In this document: positions 26,570 to 35,897 of the stretch, piece by piece
How positions within the stretch are numbered: position 1 is the stretch's first letter
How the letters are laid out: the number at the start of each line of letters is the position of its first letter
Assembly: GCA_963777505.1 (NCBI GenBank)
Contig: CAVZQN010000004.1
Span: forward strand, 992,001-1,056,000
Source of the DNA: an uncultured bacterium
Lineage (GTDB): Bacteria > Acidobacteriota > HRBIN11 > JAKEFK01
Direction: 5' to 3'
Length of the DNA: 64,000 nt
Program-made: the position numbers and the translations under genes
The notes under the pieces: generated by a model
Told to the model about the DNA's origin: nothing
Seen by the model: only the letters and a program-made list of their open reading frames with translations
Database searches by the model: none

Positions 26570-29095
26570 ATGATAGGTAAGACACTCGGCCGTTATCTAA
26601 TATCAGAAAAACTTGGCGCTGGTGGGATGGGTGAAGTGTATCGTGCATATGATGAGCGCCTGGAAAGGGATGTCGCAATCAAAGTGCTTCATGCTCATAC
26701 TCTGGAAGAAGAAACGAGCCGGAAGCGTTTTCGCAAAGAAGCTCTAACACTTTCGAAATTAAATCATCCAAATATCGCTACCATTCTGGATTTTGATACG
26801 GATGAAGAAGTGGATTTTCTGGTGATGGAATACATCGTTGGAACCACGATGTCTGCAAAACTTGAAAAAGGGCGTTTGCAAGAAAAAGAAATTGTACCCT
26901 ACGCTCTTCAAATTGCTACGGCAATGGAGGAAGCACATTCGGCTGGAATCGTGCACCGGGATTTGAAGCCAAGCAATATTGTAGTAACTCCTAAAGGAGC
27001 GATCAAAGTCTTGGATTTCGGTCTTGCTAAATTAGTACAGCCTGTCACACATGAAGCCGTTACGAAAGCAACTACCGAAACCAATCTCATTGTCGGCACA
27101 TTGCCTTACATGTCACCTGAGCAATTGTTGAGCGAACCTCTGGATTTGCGAACGGATATTTATTCTTTTGGTGTTTTGCTTTATGAAATGTCTACAGGAC
27201 AACTTCCGCACCAGGGAACTCAACCCATCTCTCTTGCTGATGCGATATTGCATAAAATTCCCGCGCCACCGGGTCAAATTCGCGCTGAATTATCTCCTCG
27301 TTTTCAGGAAATTATTCTGAAGTGCATCGAAAAAGAAGCTGCGAATCGTTATCAGTCTGCAAAGGAATTGTTGGTGGATCTTAGACGACTGATAACGCCA
27401 TCCATGACAACTGCCTATGAATCCGATTCTTTTAGACAAAAATCTCAGAAACCAAATTCTCGCAGGCTTGCAATCTATGGCGCCATTGTACTGGCGGTCG
27501 TGTTGGGACTTCTGGCTGCATGGAATTTCAGAAAGCAACAAAGCACGGTCATCACTCAGCAGCCCCCAAATCAAATTCATTCAATCGTTGCTTTGCCCTG
27601 CAAGGTTTATGGATCAAGCGAAAATTTATTTCTTGCAGACGCAATTCCAAATGCGCTTTCAACTCATTTAACTCAAGTTGAAGGCATGGAAACAAAGGTT
27701 CCGCCAACGAGTCTTGATGTTGAACGGGTTGGTGGTGATTTAAAGAAAATTGCAGAAGTTTACGGCGTGAATGCATTGGTTTCTTCATCAGTATCCGTTG
27801 AAAAAGATAAGTTCACGCTGAATGTGCAACTCGTTGATGCAAACAACAGGAATCTCATTTGGAGCCATGAGTATGAGGGGCAGCGTCAAAATTATCTTGA
27901 GTTAGTACGAAAAGCTTCTGATGGACTTCGAACGGCATTGCGTCCAGATGGACGTCCGATTCAACAAGAGCCTGCCGCTGTAGGTGGCACGGAGGCTGAA
28001 CTCGTATATCAAAGTGGCTTTTACCATTTACGTGCATTTGCAAATCGAAAAGACCCTCAAGAATTTGATCGCGCGTTAACGGATCTTCAACATGCTTTGA
28101 AGCTCGATCCAACAAATGCGCGTGCGGCGGCTGCCATCGCGAGAGTTCACAGTGCACGAATTGAATTAGGTGCACCCCTTCGCGAAGTTCTTCCGAAAAT
28201 TGATGAGTGGGCCTACAAAGCTCTGGAACTTGATTATGCATGCGGCGAAGCCTGGCAAATTTTAAGCGTGGCGGAGGAATGGCGTCCAGGCGGAGATAAA
28301 CGCAAACGGTTGGAATATGCATTAAAGGCTGCAACATACGCCAATCACTCCGGATACAGTCATCATGTTCTTGCGTCAGCACTCGCTCCAACATCATTTG
28401 AATTGTCGCTTCGTGCTTCACAAGAAGGTCTTCATCAAGAACCGTTGTATTTAAATGGACTGCTTTTTTCAGCAGGAATTCTATCGAGAGAGGGACAATC
28501 GAAAGAAGCGCTTGAACGGATCGATCGCGTTTTGAATGCCGAACCGGAAATGCCTGTCGCTCATTTAATGAAAACCTTATTGCTTCTGCGTGATCATCAA
28601 TTTCAAGAAGCTGAAAAGAGAATGCCAGTGTTGGATCGGTTGGTAGCAGAACACAAACTTCATCCCGGTTGGGTTACATTTGGACGCGATTGGCTTGATT
28701 TTGAATCTGGTATCGGTGAAGGCAAAAAGGATAAAGCTTCCGCAGCTCTTACACGGCTTGTAAGTCAGATGCGAGGTGAAGCGCCACCTTTCCCGCGTTG
28801 GGAACTGGTTACAGGAAATGTTTTGCCTTTGCAAGCGAAGAATGATTCTGTGGATTCAACACTTGAGACTCTTTCGATTCGCGCGGCAAAAGGAATTGTC
28901 GAACCTTACGATTGGCTTTTGCTAAATCCTGAAATGGAACTGGTGCGAAAAGATGCACGGTTCAAAGAATTAGTCTCACGCTCACAATCGGAATTTCAAG
29001 ACATGATACAAGTTCTTCAAGAAGCACGAACTCGAAAAGAATTGCCATCCTATTTAGAAAAGCCCCTTTCAGAAGTCCAAAACCTGAAAAATTAA
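26570..29095 (+). CDS. Hanks-type Ser/Thr protein kinase with TM helix and TolB-N-like/TPR C-terminus
   Basis: LGAGGMGEVY, VAIK, HRDLKPSN, DFG, GTLPYMSPE; TM segment; SIVALP..AIPNALS; helical repeats. Confidence 0.93.
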   Translation: MIGKTLGRYLISEKLGAGGMGEVYRAYDERLERDVAIKVLHAHTLEEETSRKRFRKEALTLSKLNHPNIATILDFDTDEEVDFLVMEYIVGTTMSAKLEKGRLQEKEIVPYALQIATAMEEAHSAGIVHRDLKPSNIVVTPKGAIKVLDFGLAKLVQPVTHEAVTKATTETNLIVGTLPYMSPEQLLSEPLDLRTDIYSFGVLLYEMSTGQLPHQGTQPISLADAILHKIPAPPGQIRAELSPRFQEIILKCIEKEAANRYQSAKELLVDLRRLITPSMTTAYESDSFRQKSQKPNSRRLAIYGAIVLAVVLGLLAAWNFRKQQSTVITQQPPNQIHSIVALPCKVYGSSENLFLADAIPNALSTHLTQVEGMETKVPPTSLDVERVGGDLKKIAEVYGVNALVSSSVSVEKDKFTLNVQLVDANNRNLIWSHEYEGQRQNYLELVRKASDGLRTALRPDGRPIQQEPAAVGGTEAELVYQSGFYHLRAFANRKDPQEFDRALTDLQHALKLDPTNARAAAAIARVHSARIELGAPLREVLPKIDEWAYKALELDYACGEAWQILSVAEEWRPGGDKRKRLEYALKAATYANHSGYSHHVLASALAPTSFELSLRASQEGLHQEPLYLNGLLFSAGILSREGQSKEALERIDRVLNAEPEMPVAHLMKTLLLLRDHQFQEAEKRMPVLDRLVAEHKLHPGWVTFGRDWLDFESGIGEGKKDKASAALTRLVSQMRGEAPPFPRWELVTGNVLPLQAKNDSVDSTLETLSIRAAKGIVEPYDWLLLNPEMELVRKDARFKELVSRSQSEFQDMIQVLQEARTRKELPSYLEKPLSEVQNLKN

Positions 29096-29121
29096 TTCTG
29101 CGTCTTTGCGGTGAATCCTTT

Positions 29122-30765
29122 TTATTTTCCTTTCAATGCGGCAAACAGTTTCTTGCCATTCGGAGTGCCCCATCCAGTACAAGGATCCCAGCCCGGCCCC
29201 GCTTTGAAGTGAGTTCCGTTTCTTCCTTTTGTTATGTCGGTAAATGATTCGCTGAAGTTTTTTTGATACAAAAGGGGAGTAAGATAACCGATTCGACAGC
29301 CGAGTTTTTGATTCATCCTTGCGATCAATCCTGCCCACATCGGTGCCGCTGCACTCGTGCCACCCATTGTAATGTCTTGACCGGCAATTCTCATGGAGTA
29401 ACCCGATTCAATATCCGCTTTTGCCGATACATCCGGCACTCCACGTCCGCGTTTCTCTGTTTTGAGTTTTACTTTTGCTGTCGCTTGCCAGTCCGGTTCT
29501 TTAAAAACGGTACTTACTCCACCGCCACTTTGAACAACATATTTTGGTAACGCTTCGTTCCACACGACTTCATTTATTTTTCGTGGACGAGTGATCCAAT
29601 GTGTTCCTCCGCATGAAAGTACATACGGGCTGGTAGCAGGGAAATGCGCGCGTGGTTTACCATTTCTTCCTGGATCATCTCCCTTATCACCTGTGGAAAA
29701 GCAGACAGTGATCCCACGTAAAGCAGCATCCTGAAGCACCTGGTTCAGAATATGAACAACATCCAAAGGCAAGTCTTCTTCAACGGCTCCCCAACTGCAG
29801 GAGATTATTGTGGGTTGATGTTTTGTATTGGTTAGCGCAGACGTAAGGGCATGATACTTTCCCTGTGCATTGTTAGGAGCAAAATAAACGTGGATTTCTG
29901 AAGCGTTTGCAAATGCTCCAGCCAATTGAATATCAAGCGTACTTTCAATTGTCCACATTGCGTGCGCAAGTTCAGATGGATCCATAGTGCTCATAGCTTT
30001 CTTGCGATCATCCGAAATTCCCATCAATTCCAACACTTTGTTAATGGAATTAGCAGACGCAGGATTGTTTCTTTGTCCGTCGATTTCAATCACATTGATT
30101 TTCGGAGTTGGAATTTGATTCGCTCGGAAATATTCGGTGATATCTGTTTGATGAAACCCACCTCCTAGTTCAATCAACGCAATGCGTTGTCCTTCGCCAT
30201 TTACATCGGTAGGAAAGTTGTAGGCCTTCATCACCTCAGCCGTTCTCACATGATGAACCGCATCCTGTTTGGCCACAAAAGTATGGTGCTCCATCAAGTT
30301 CCGATTTTCCAAACCAAGAACGCCTTGAACAATTCCTTTCAAATTCGCAGGGATTTGAATGTCTTCACTATGAGATCGGTATTCGCTGCCTGCGTGAGTG
30401 AACATTTTCAGATTGATGTTAAACGCACGATTGAATTCTGATAGGGAGCCTTTAAGCACGACACAGCGATTTTGCTTTTTGATCTGAACTACACGCAGTC
30501 CATTTTCGTCAGCAAAGCGCTTAACAAGCGCAAGATCTTCGTCCATTGCGCCATGTAATTTCGTAAATTCTGTTAAATCCAAATGGTGACGATTTTGTGG
30601 AAGGTTCGCCGCTAATTCGTTAATTGCTTTTTGCCGCATCTGTTCAGAAGACGCAGGACGGACGGCCACCGTCACATGAATTTGTTCATCTGCTATCGGT
30701 GCTTTGAGTGCACGTGAGCCGTGCGGCTGCCGGCGCTTACTTTTGTAAAGCTTTACGTAATTCAA
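29122..30765 (-). CDS. S53 (sedolisin/kumamolisin) peptidase with prodomain, no signal peptide
   Basis: Prodomain ending VQGVLGLEN; IALIELGGG; ESTLD (ExxxD); ISCSWG; STGD; RGVPDVS; GGTSAAAP; GWDPCTGWGTP. Confidence 0.92.
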   Translation of the reverse strand: MNYVKLYKSKRRQPHGSRALKAPIADEQIHVTVAVRPASSEQMRQKAINELAANLPQNRHHLDLTEFTKLHGAMDEDLALVKRFADENGLRVVQIKKQNRCVVLKGSLSEFNRAFNINLKMFTHAGSEYRSHSEDIQIPANLKGIVQGVLGLENRNLMEHHTFVAKQDAVHHVRTAEVMKAYNFPTDVNGEGQRIALIELGGGFHQTDITEYFRANQIPTPKINVIEIDGQRNNPASANSINKVLELMGISDDRKKAMSTMDPSELAHAMWTIESTLDIQLAGAFANASEIHVYFAPNNAQGKYHALTSALTNTKHQPTIISCSWGAVEEDLPLDVVHILNQVLQDAALRGITVCFSTGDKGDDPGRNGKPRAHFPATSPYVLSCGGTHWITRPRKINEVVWNEALPKYVVQSGGGVSTVFKEPDWQATAKVKLKTEKRGRGVPDVSAKADIESGYSMRIAGQDITMGGTSAAAPMWAGLIARMNQKLGCRIGYLTPLLYQKNFSESFTDITKGRNGTHFKAGPGWDPCTGWGTPNGKKLFAALKGK

Positions 30766-30789
30766 TGACGGCCGCTAAGGATGTCTTGA

Positions 30790-31041
30790 TTAAATGCAGA
30801 TACAGGTATCAGGGTTGTCTGCGCTTGCGGAGAATTTGACTCCATATCTTTTCTTGAAATGATTGCGAAGCTCTTGCCGTGTAAACTTAAATCCTTTTTT
30901 CTTTCCTGCGGCAATCACTTCATTCCAACCTTTCCGTAATCGGCTTCGCAGTACTTTGTTCTTTTCAAGATGATCAACAAAAGCTACCACATCCTTTTTG
31001 GCTGCAGTTGGTTTTTTCTTTTTCACAGTTTTTTTCGCCAT
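30790..31041 (-). CDS. Nif11-like RiPP precursor peptide with C-terminal TCICI core
   Basis: AAGGAG RBS; DVVAFVDHLEKNKVLRSRL..EVIAAGKKKGFKFTRQEL fits the Nif11 leader pattern; both Cys lie in the last four residues; sits between YcaO and peptidase. Confidence 0.8.
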   Translation of the reverse strand: MAKKTVKKKKPTAAKKDVVAFVDHLEKNKVLRSRLRKGWNEVIAAGKKKGFKFTRQELRNHFKKRYGVKFSASADNPDTCICI

Positions 31042-31087
31042 AATCTCCTTCTTTTTATTCCTTGAGAGTTTTATTGGAACCTACATG

Positions 31088-33223
31088 TTAGTTCATAATA
31101 CGGTGTGGGTTCAATTCATGTTGCCTCAATGGAGTTTTCAGCCATCCTAATTGTGCTGGAATATCAAAGAGCCTTCCTTTTGCGAATCGTGCCCAAAACT
31201 GGCGCATGCCTGGCACGATAACTTTAACAACGGGCAAAGCAATATCAGGCCGTGTCTGATTTAGAATCAGTGTTTCCATGTTCCATTTTTCAGCAAGCTT
31301 TACAAATCTCATTATTTCTTTTGAGTAATCAATCCGTCTTCGGCCTGGAAAATCTTCAAAATGTTTTTCAGACACTTTGGGTTCCGGCAGGAGGAATTTC
31401 AACGTATTTAATGTTTCTTCAAAATTTCTACCGGGCGTATCTATAAATTGATTCATTTCCATAAGAGCGCGTGTAACAGCAGCTTGAGGGTCGTAGTCCG
31501 CCGCAAATCCAAAAATGAATTGCGAATGAACATTCATCGAAGATACAGCAGCAAATACCGGAATATCAAAATCGCTTGTAACATCAAAAACCCGGATACT
31601 TCTCCCAAGCTTTCGATATTCTTCTTGAAGCGCTGATACAAATGGTAGGCGAAACGATTCAAGGTCAATGCTTGATCTTTGGATCCGGTTATACCACCAC
31701 AATGCGACTGCGTCGCGTTCAACTAATTCTAAAATCGCATAAAGGATTGCTTCTTCCAGAGTATTTCCACTTGCGTTGCCATTTGAATCAGCGCGACAAA
31801 ACCGCTGTTTGGGAGGAAGAAAATATCCGTAGTAACAGTAAGCTGTTGGAACATACTTCATTGTGTTTTGGGTCAACGACCAGACGGGTGTCCACTCAAT
31901 TTTGCGCGTCTCATTGAATGGTGCCGGGATCCAATCGTTTTGTGAATTCGATTGATTTAACTCCTCACGATTTTTGTACTGCGAATCGCTGAAATTCAAA
32001 AAAGTATAAGGATGAATCGCTGCTCCATTGAGTTCGTTGAAACTTGCTTTGATGCGATTTTCATTTCCACGAAAAATTCCTGAATGCCTTTCTAATGCCT
32101 CACAAAGCGCGCCGGTTGCTGAACTCTGAGGCGTCAGACCCTTTCCCATGCTTGTTCTTTTCAAACGTAAAACTAACGGATACTCCTTTTCTGGCGGAAT
32201 CACAAAGGCGTGTTTGGCTGTCGCCGAATAGAATGCAGTATTCGATTCGGCAAAAGTAATTTCATGCACGATCCCTGTTAAGGGACTGATCAGATGTTTA
32301 TATTTTTCAAACGTTTGTTCAGCACTTGCTGAGCGGTGGTTCGTGCCCGGTCGCTGGCTTTTTAGAGTGATTTTGGGCGACCGCAAGCTTTTCTTCTTAG
32401 AGCAAAAACTGCATTGATCCGATCGCGTTATCAAGTGAGTCTCAAGCTTCATCGTTTTGAGGTCGAGCGTTTGGATAGTGGACGTCTCTGAGTCTTGTGA
32501 CTTGAGATTTTTCAAAATGTGGATGGCCGCCAAATCAAATGCTGCAGAAACTTGTAAAAGTTTTTGTTTTGAATTTCTTTCAAGGCCATTTGGAAAAGTT
32601 TGAGCTTTTAAATTTTCAGTGAGTCGTCGTGCCGTGCATTCCCAACAAGGAGGATGTTGATAAGCAAATGCCGGACCTGACCAGAACACTGTTCCAGTCG
32701 GTTTAATAAGCATCCATCTCATCTTTTTTCGGATCGCTTTTTCATTGAACGCCATCAATTCATGTCTAAGATAGCTGTCTGTTAAAACAACGGTAAATTC
32801 AGCTTTTTCTGTGATCTTGATTCCAAGGTTTTGGATGGTTGAGCGGAAAGGCTCAGGTGAAACGTGACCAAACGTAACAAGGTTAATCCTTGATCTCTTT
32901 ATCTCATTCTCGAAAATCTTCGCCGTAATCCCTAAGACTTCGGAAAATAAATCGAATCCCTGGACGGATTCATCCATTGACTCTTCAAAAAATCCTTCAT
33001 CTTCCAGTAACAGCAACAGACATTCCAGATCGAAACTTGTAAGCTCGGCTTTTAACTTTCGTGCAATAGTAGAAACGGAATTTTTGCCGTTGATGAGAGG
33101 GGCAATCAGGCAGATTAAATGGCTCTCAAGAACTTCATAACCGGTTTCATGAAAAAAGAAGCAAAGATCGGGCGGAACTATTTTGATCCGAATGTCATTT
33201 CTAAATACAGGTATTCTGTTCAA
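31088..33223 (-). CDS. TOMM/cyanobactin-type fused leader-binding (RRE + E1-like)-YcaO cyclodehydratase
   Basis: LTDSYL, WMLIKPTG..GP, CWEC..CSFC; LISPLTGIV, GKG..CEALER, DSNGNASGNTLEEAI..ELVERDA, EMNQ, VKVIVPGM, ELNP; TTG start. Confidence 0.9.
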   Translation of the reverse strand: MNRIPVFRNDIRIKIVPPDLCFFFHETGYEVLESHLICLIAPLINGKNSVSTIARKLKAELTSFDLECLLLLLEDEGFFEESMDESVQGFDLFSEVLGITAKIFENEIKRSRINLVTFGHVSPEPFRSTIQNLGIKITEKAEFTVVLTDSYLRHELMAFNEKAIRKKMRWMLIKPTGTVFWSGPAFAYQHPPCWECTARRLTENLKAQTFPNGLERNSKQKLLQVSAAFDLAAIHILKNLKSQDSETSTIQTLDLKTMKLETHLITRSDQCSFCSKKKSLRSPKITLKSQRPGTNHRSASAEQTFEKYKHLISPLTGIVHEITFAESNTAFYSATAKHAFVIPPEKEYPLVLRLKRTSMGKGLTPQSSATGALCEALERHSGIFRGNENRIKASFNELNGAAIHPYTFLNFSDSQYKNREELNQSNSQNDWIPAPFNETRKIEWTPVWSLTQNTMKYVPTAYCYYGYFLPPKQRFCRADSNGNASGNTLEEAILYAILELVERDAVALWWYNRIQRSSIDLESFRLPFVSALQEEYRKLGRSIRVFDVTSDFDIPVFAAVSSMNVHSQFIFGFAADYDPQAAVTRALMEMNQFIDTPGRNFEETLNTLKFLLPEPKVSEKHFEDFPGRRRIDYSKEIMRFVKLAEKWNMETLILNQTRPDIALPVVKVIVPGMRQFWARFAKGRLFDIPAQLGWLKTPLRQHELNPHRIMN

Positions 33224-33311
33224 AATGAAAAATGGAAAATGAAAAGATCAAAGTTAAGCTCTCACAAGCTGCTCCTAATCTTCTATTTTTGATTTTATAT
33301 TTTCGATCTTT
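33222..33311. repeat. Inverted degenerate heptamer arrays in the YcaO/bcp divergent promoter region
   Basis: aaatgaa-aaatgga-aaatgaa ... ttctatt-tttgatt-ttatatt-ttcgatc. Confidence 0.55.
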
Positions 33312-33341
33312 ATTCTATACTCAATCATTCCTGGAGGTTAT

Positions 33342-33875
33342 ATGAAGCCATTAAAGACAATTTTAATTTCCGCAATGTTTTTGTTGTCAACGTTCTCTGC
33401 GTTTGCAGAACAAGCTCCGCCATCCGAAGGGAGTGCCGCGCCTGAATTTTCATTAACAACGAACGAAGGCAAACCGGCGAGTTTAAAAGATTATCGAGGA
33501 AAGTGGGTTGTTCTTTATTTTTATCCCAAAGATTTCACAAGCGGCTGCACGATTGAGGCAAGAAACTTTCAAAAGGATATTGCAAAATATGATCAAGCAA
33601 ATGCGGTGATCCTTGGTGTAAGTGTTGACAGTGCTGAATCGCACAAAGATTTCTGCACGAAGGAAGGGTTAAACTTCAAGCTATTATCTGATCCTGACGG
33701 CGCGGTTTCTTCACAGTATGGTTCCATCATGGAATACAACGGAAGCAAATTATCGGCTCGCAATACTTTTCTGATCGATCCGGAAGGCAACATCGCAAAA
33801 GTATTTATCAAAGTGAAACCTGACGTTCATAGCGGCGAAGTGCTTTCCACGCTTGCCGAAAAGCAAAAGAGTTAA
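33342..33875 (+). CDS. bcp: Peroxiredoxin BCP/PrxQ with signal peptide
   Basis: LYFYPKDFTSGCTIEA, GVSVD, RNTFLIDPEG; GGAGG RBS. Confidence 0.9.
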   Translation: MKPLKTILISAMFLLSTFSAFAEQAPPSEGSAAPEFSLTTNEGKPASLKDYRGKWVVLYFYPKDFTSGCTIEARNFQKDIAKYDQANAVILGVSVDSAESHKDFCTKEGLNFKLLSDPDGAVSSQYGSIMEYNGSKLSARNTFLIDPEGNIAKVFIKVKPDVHSGEVLSTLAEKQKS

Positions 33876-33889
33876 AAGGGAGAGATTTC

Positions 33890-34225
33890 ATGATCGTTGT
33901 ATCGAACAGGATTTGTGTCGCCGAAGGTTATGAACAGGAATTTGAAAAACGTTTTGAAGGACGCGCCCGTCTCGTTGAAAAACATCCAGGGTTTGTGCGA
34001 TTGGAAATTCTTCGTCCGCAGAAAGTTTCATTGCATGGCAATGAGCAAGGCGGATCTGAATATTATGTCGTTTTAACCTACTGGCAAACGGCAGAAGATT
34101 TTACGAATTGGACCGCGAGTGATGCATTTCGAGAAGCTCATTCAAATCGTCCACCAAAGGAAATGTTTTCCGGGCCCAATGTTTTCGAAATGCACGAAAT
34201 CATTCAACTCGTCGAAGCAAAGTAG
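33890..34225 (+). CDS. ABM-domain monooxygenase (IsdG/HmoA-like heme-degrading type)
   Basis: VVSNRI..FEKRF..PGF..W..WTASDAFREAH. Confidence 0.8.
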   Translation: MIVVSNRICVAEGYEQEFEKRFEGRARLVEKHPGFVRLEILRPQKVSLHGNEQGGSEYYVVLTYWQTAEDFTNWTASDAFREAHSNRPPKEMFSGPNVFEMHEIIQLVEAK

Positions 34226-34339
34226 TTCCTCAAATGTAGGTTCAGCGATTTGTAACGCCGGCATGTTGCCGGCTCCTAATTGTTTTTTACCGCCGAGTTC
34301 GCCGAGATGATAAGCGGCCAACAGAATAGGGAGAAAAAT

Positions 34340-34732
34340 ATGAAACGATCTTTTGTTTTTGGAATGCTCTTGGGTGCAGCAATAACGGCCATTGCTATTG
34401 CTTCATCATCCGATATGACATCGACTCTTGATCCGGTGAAAGTATCACCTCAATATTACAAGGTTTTGTTTGAGAACGAACAGGTGCGAGTACTCGAATA
34501 CCATCTAAAACCGGGTGAAAAAGAGAGTATGCATACACATCCTGCAGGTATTGTGTACACCTTCAATGATGGCCGGTTTAAAAATACCGTCCAGGGTAGT
34601 TCTAGTAGTAGAGAAGTTGAAGCAAAGGCCGAAGACGTACTTTGGCGCGATTCTTTGACACATTCTCTGGAGAACGTAGGGAATACTGAGCTTCATTCAC
34701 TTGCAATTGAATTAAAGAAGACGTGCAACTAA
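34340..34732 (+). CDS. Cupin domain protein, exported
   Basis: DPVKVSPQYYKVLFENEQVRVL, HTHP, HSLENVG..IELK. Confidence 0.8.
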   Translation: MKRSFVFGMLLGAAITAIAIASSSDMTSTLDPVKVSPQYYKVLFENEQVRVLEYHLKPGEKESMHTHPAGIVYTFNDGRFKNTVQGSSSSREVEAKAEDVLWRDSLTHSLENVGNTELHSLAIELKKTCN

Positions 34733-34851
34733 TCTCTATTGATTGTGACTTGCAGCAATAAGTCGTTCGAAGAAAATGAGACTTAAGAATCCTGCTGTTA
34801 GAGTTCTTACGCTTTTCAATGGCGCATGGTTGATCATCACCGTTTTATGTC

Positions 34852-34974
34852 AGTCACCGACAATACAAGCATTCAATCAAGAAGGGTCTTGTTACGATTT
34901 CTGGAAATGCAGGCGATGATGTTGCTCCTGGCACTTTAAACAGCGTTTTAAGACAGGCAGGTTTGAAAAAATGA
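34852..34974 (+). pseudogene. hicA: HicA toxin remnant (C-terminal 40 aa only)
   Basis: SHRQYKHSIKKGLVTISGNAGDDVAPGTLNSVLRQAGLKK; stop overlaps the hicB start (ATGA); in-frame TGA at 34831 and no HicA N-terminus visible. Confidence 0.75.
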
Positions 34975-35186
34975 AACGATTTTTGATAGTCATAGAAAAA
35001 ACATCGACTGGCTATTCGGCATATTCTCCTGACGTCCCTGGTTGCATTGCGACAGCCTCAACTCGTAGATCAGTGGAAAACCGGATTCGTCAAGCGATAC
35101 AATTCCATATCGAGGGATTGCGTCAGGAAGGTTATGACGTTCCAAAACCGAAGAGTTCTTCTTCATATGTAGATGTTCCCGCCTAA
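34971..35186 (+). CDS. hicB: HicB family antitoxin
   Basis: IVIEK..YSAYSPDVPGCIATA..AIQFHIEGL..VPKP. Confidence 0.9.
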   Translation: MKRFLIVIEKTSTGYSAYSPDVPGCIATASTRRSVENRIRQAIQFHIEGLRQEGYDVPKPKSSSSYVDVPA

Positions 35187-35229
35187 CATTTAGAACCCTT
35201 CTCCACACTGTCTTGAACTTTTCGTTAGA

Positions 35230-35256
35230 TATGACTAAAATACCAAATTGGTCATA
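35230..35256. promoter_or_regulatory. Candidate TetR operator
   Basis: TATGAC-N15-GTCATA just upstream of the tetR start. Confidence 0.5.
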
Positions 35257-35264
35257 AGTCAACA

Positions 35265-35897
35265 ATGAGACAAATTGCGCAGCGTCCCGATATTCGAGAC
35301 CTGATTCTGGATGGAGTCGATGTGCTCTTAGCGCGTTATGGCTATCGAAAAATGACAATGGACGATCTAGCGCGTTATGTAGGAATTGGCAAAGGCACGA
35401 TCTATCTTCACTTCCCGAGTAAGGAAGATCTTACACTTTCGCACATTTCTCGAATTGTTGATCGATTGCTGGAAAAGCTTCGCGCGATTGCAGCTGGCAC
35501 TGAATCATTTGAAGTACGGCTGGAAAAGATGATGATGACCCGCGTCTTATTCCGTTTTGATAGTGTTCAGCATTACAAAGAAAGTCTCAATGAGCTTCTC
35601 TCCGATTTGCGTCCAGCACTTTTAGCCAGACGTCAGAACTACTTCCAAAAAGAAGCAGCCGTATTTGCCGATTTGCTTCGTAAAGCAAAAAAGTCAGGCA
35701 CATTTTTCTGTTCAGATCCTTATTCCACTGCATGGGCGATTATTACAGCCACGAATTCACTTTTGCCATATAGCTTGAGTGTTTCCGAACTGGGATCGCG
35801 AAAGGAAACTGAAATTCGCGCAAAACAAGTAGCAAGCTTGCTTCTCAAGGGATTAAAAGCAGAAAAGCCTCAGATCGTCAGGAGATCAAACAAATGA
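35265..35897 (+). CDS. TetR/AcrR family regulator
   Basis: GYRKMTMDDLARYVGIGKGTIYLHFPSKEDL. Confidence 0.92.
   Translation: MRQIAQRPDIRDLILDGVDVLLARYGYRKMTMDDLARYVGIGKGTIYLHFPSKEDLTLSHISRIVDRLLEKLRAIAAGTESFEVRLEKMMMTRVLFRFDSVQHYKESLNELLSDLRPALLARRQNYFQKEAAVFADLLRKAKKSGTFFCSDPYSTAWAIITATNSLLPYSLSVSELGSRKETEIRAKQVASLLLKGLKAEKPQIVRRSNK

Noticed and set aside
26570-29095. Ser/Thr kinase as part of the RiPP cluster
   Set aside because: It is convergent, membrane-anchored, of a common signalling type, and lacks lanthipeptide lyase or cyclase domains.
33342-33875. Second selenoprotein in the peroxiredoxin
   Set aside because: The peroxidatic residue is encoded by TGC (Cys) and the gene ends in TAA.
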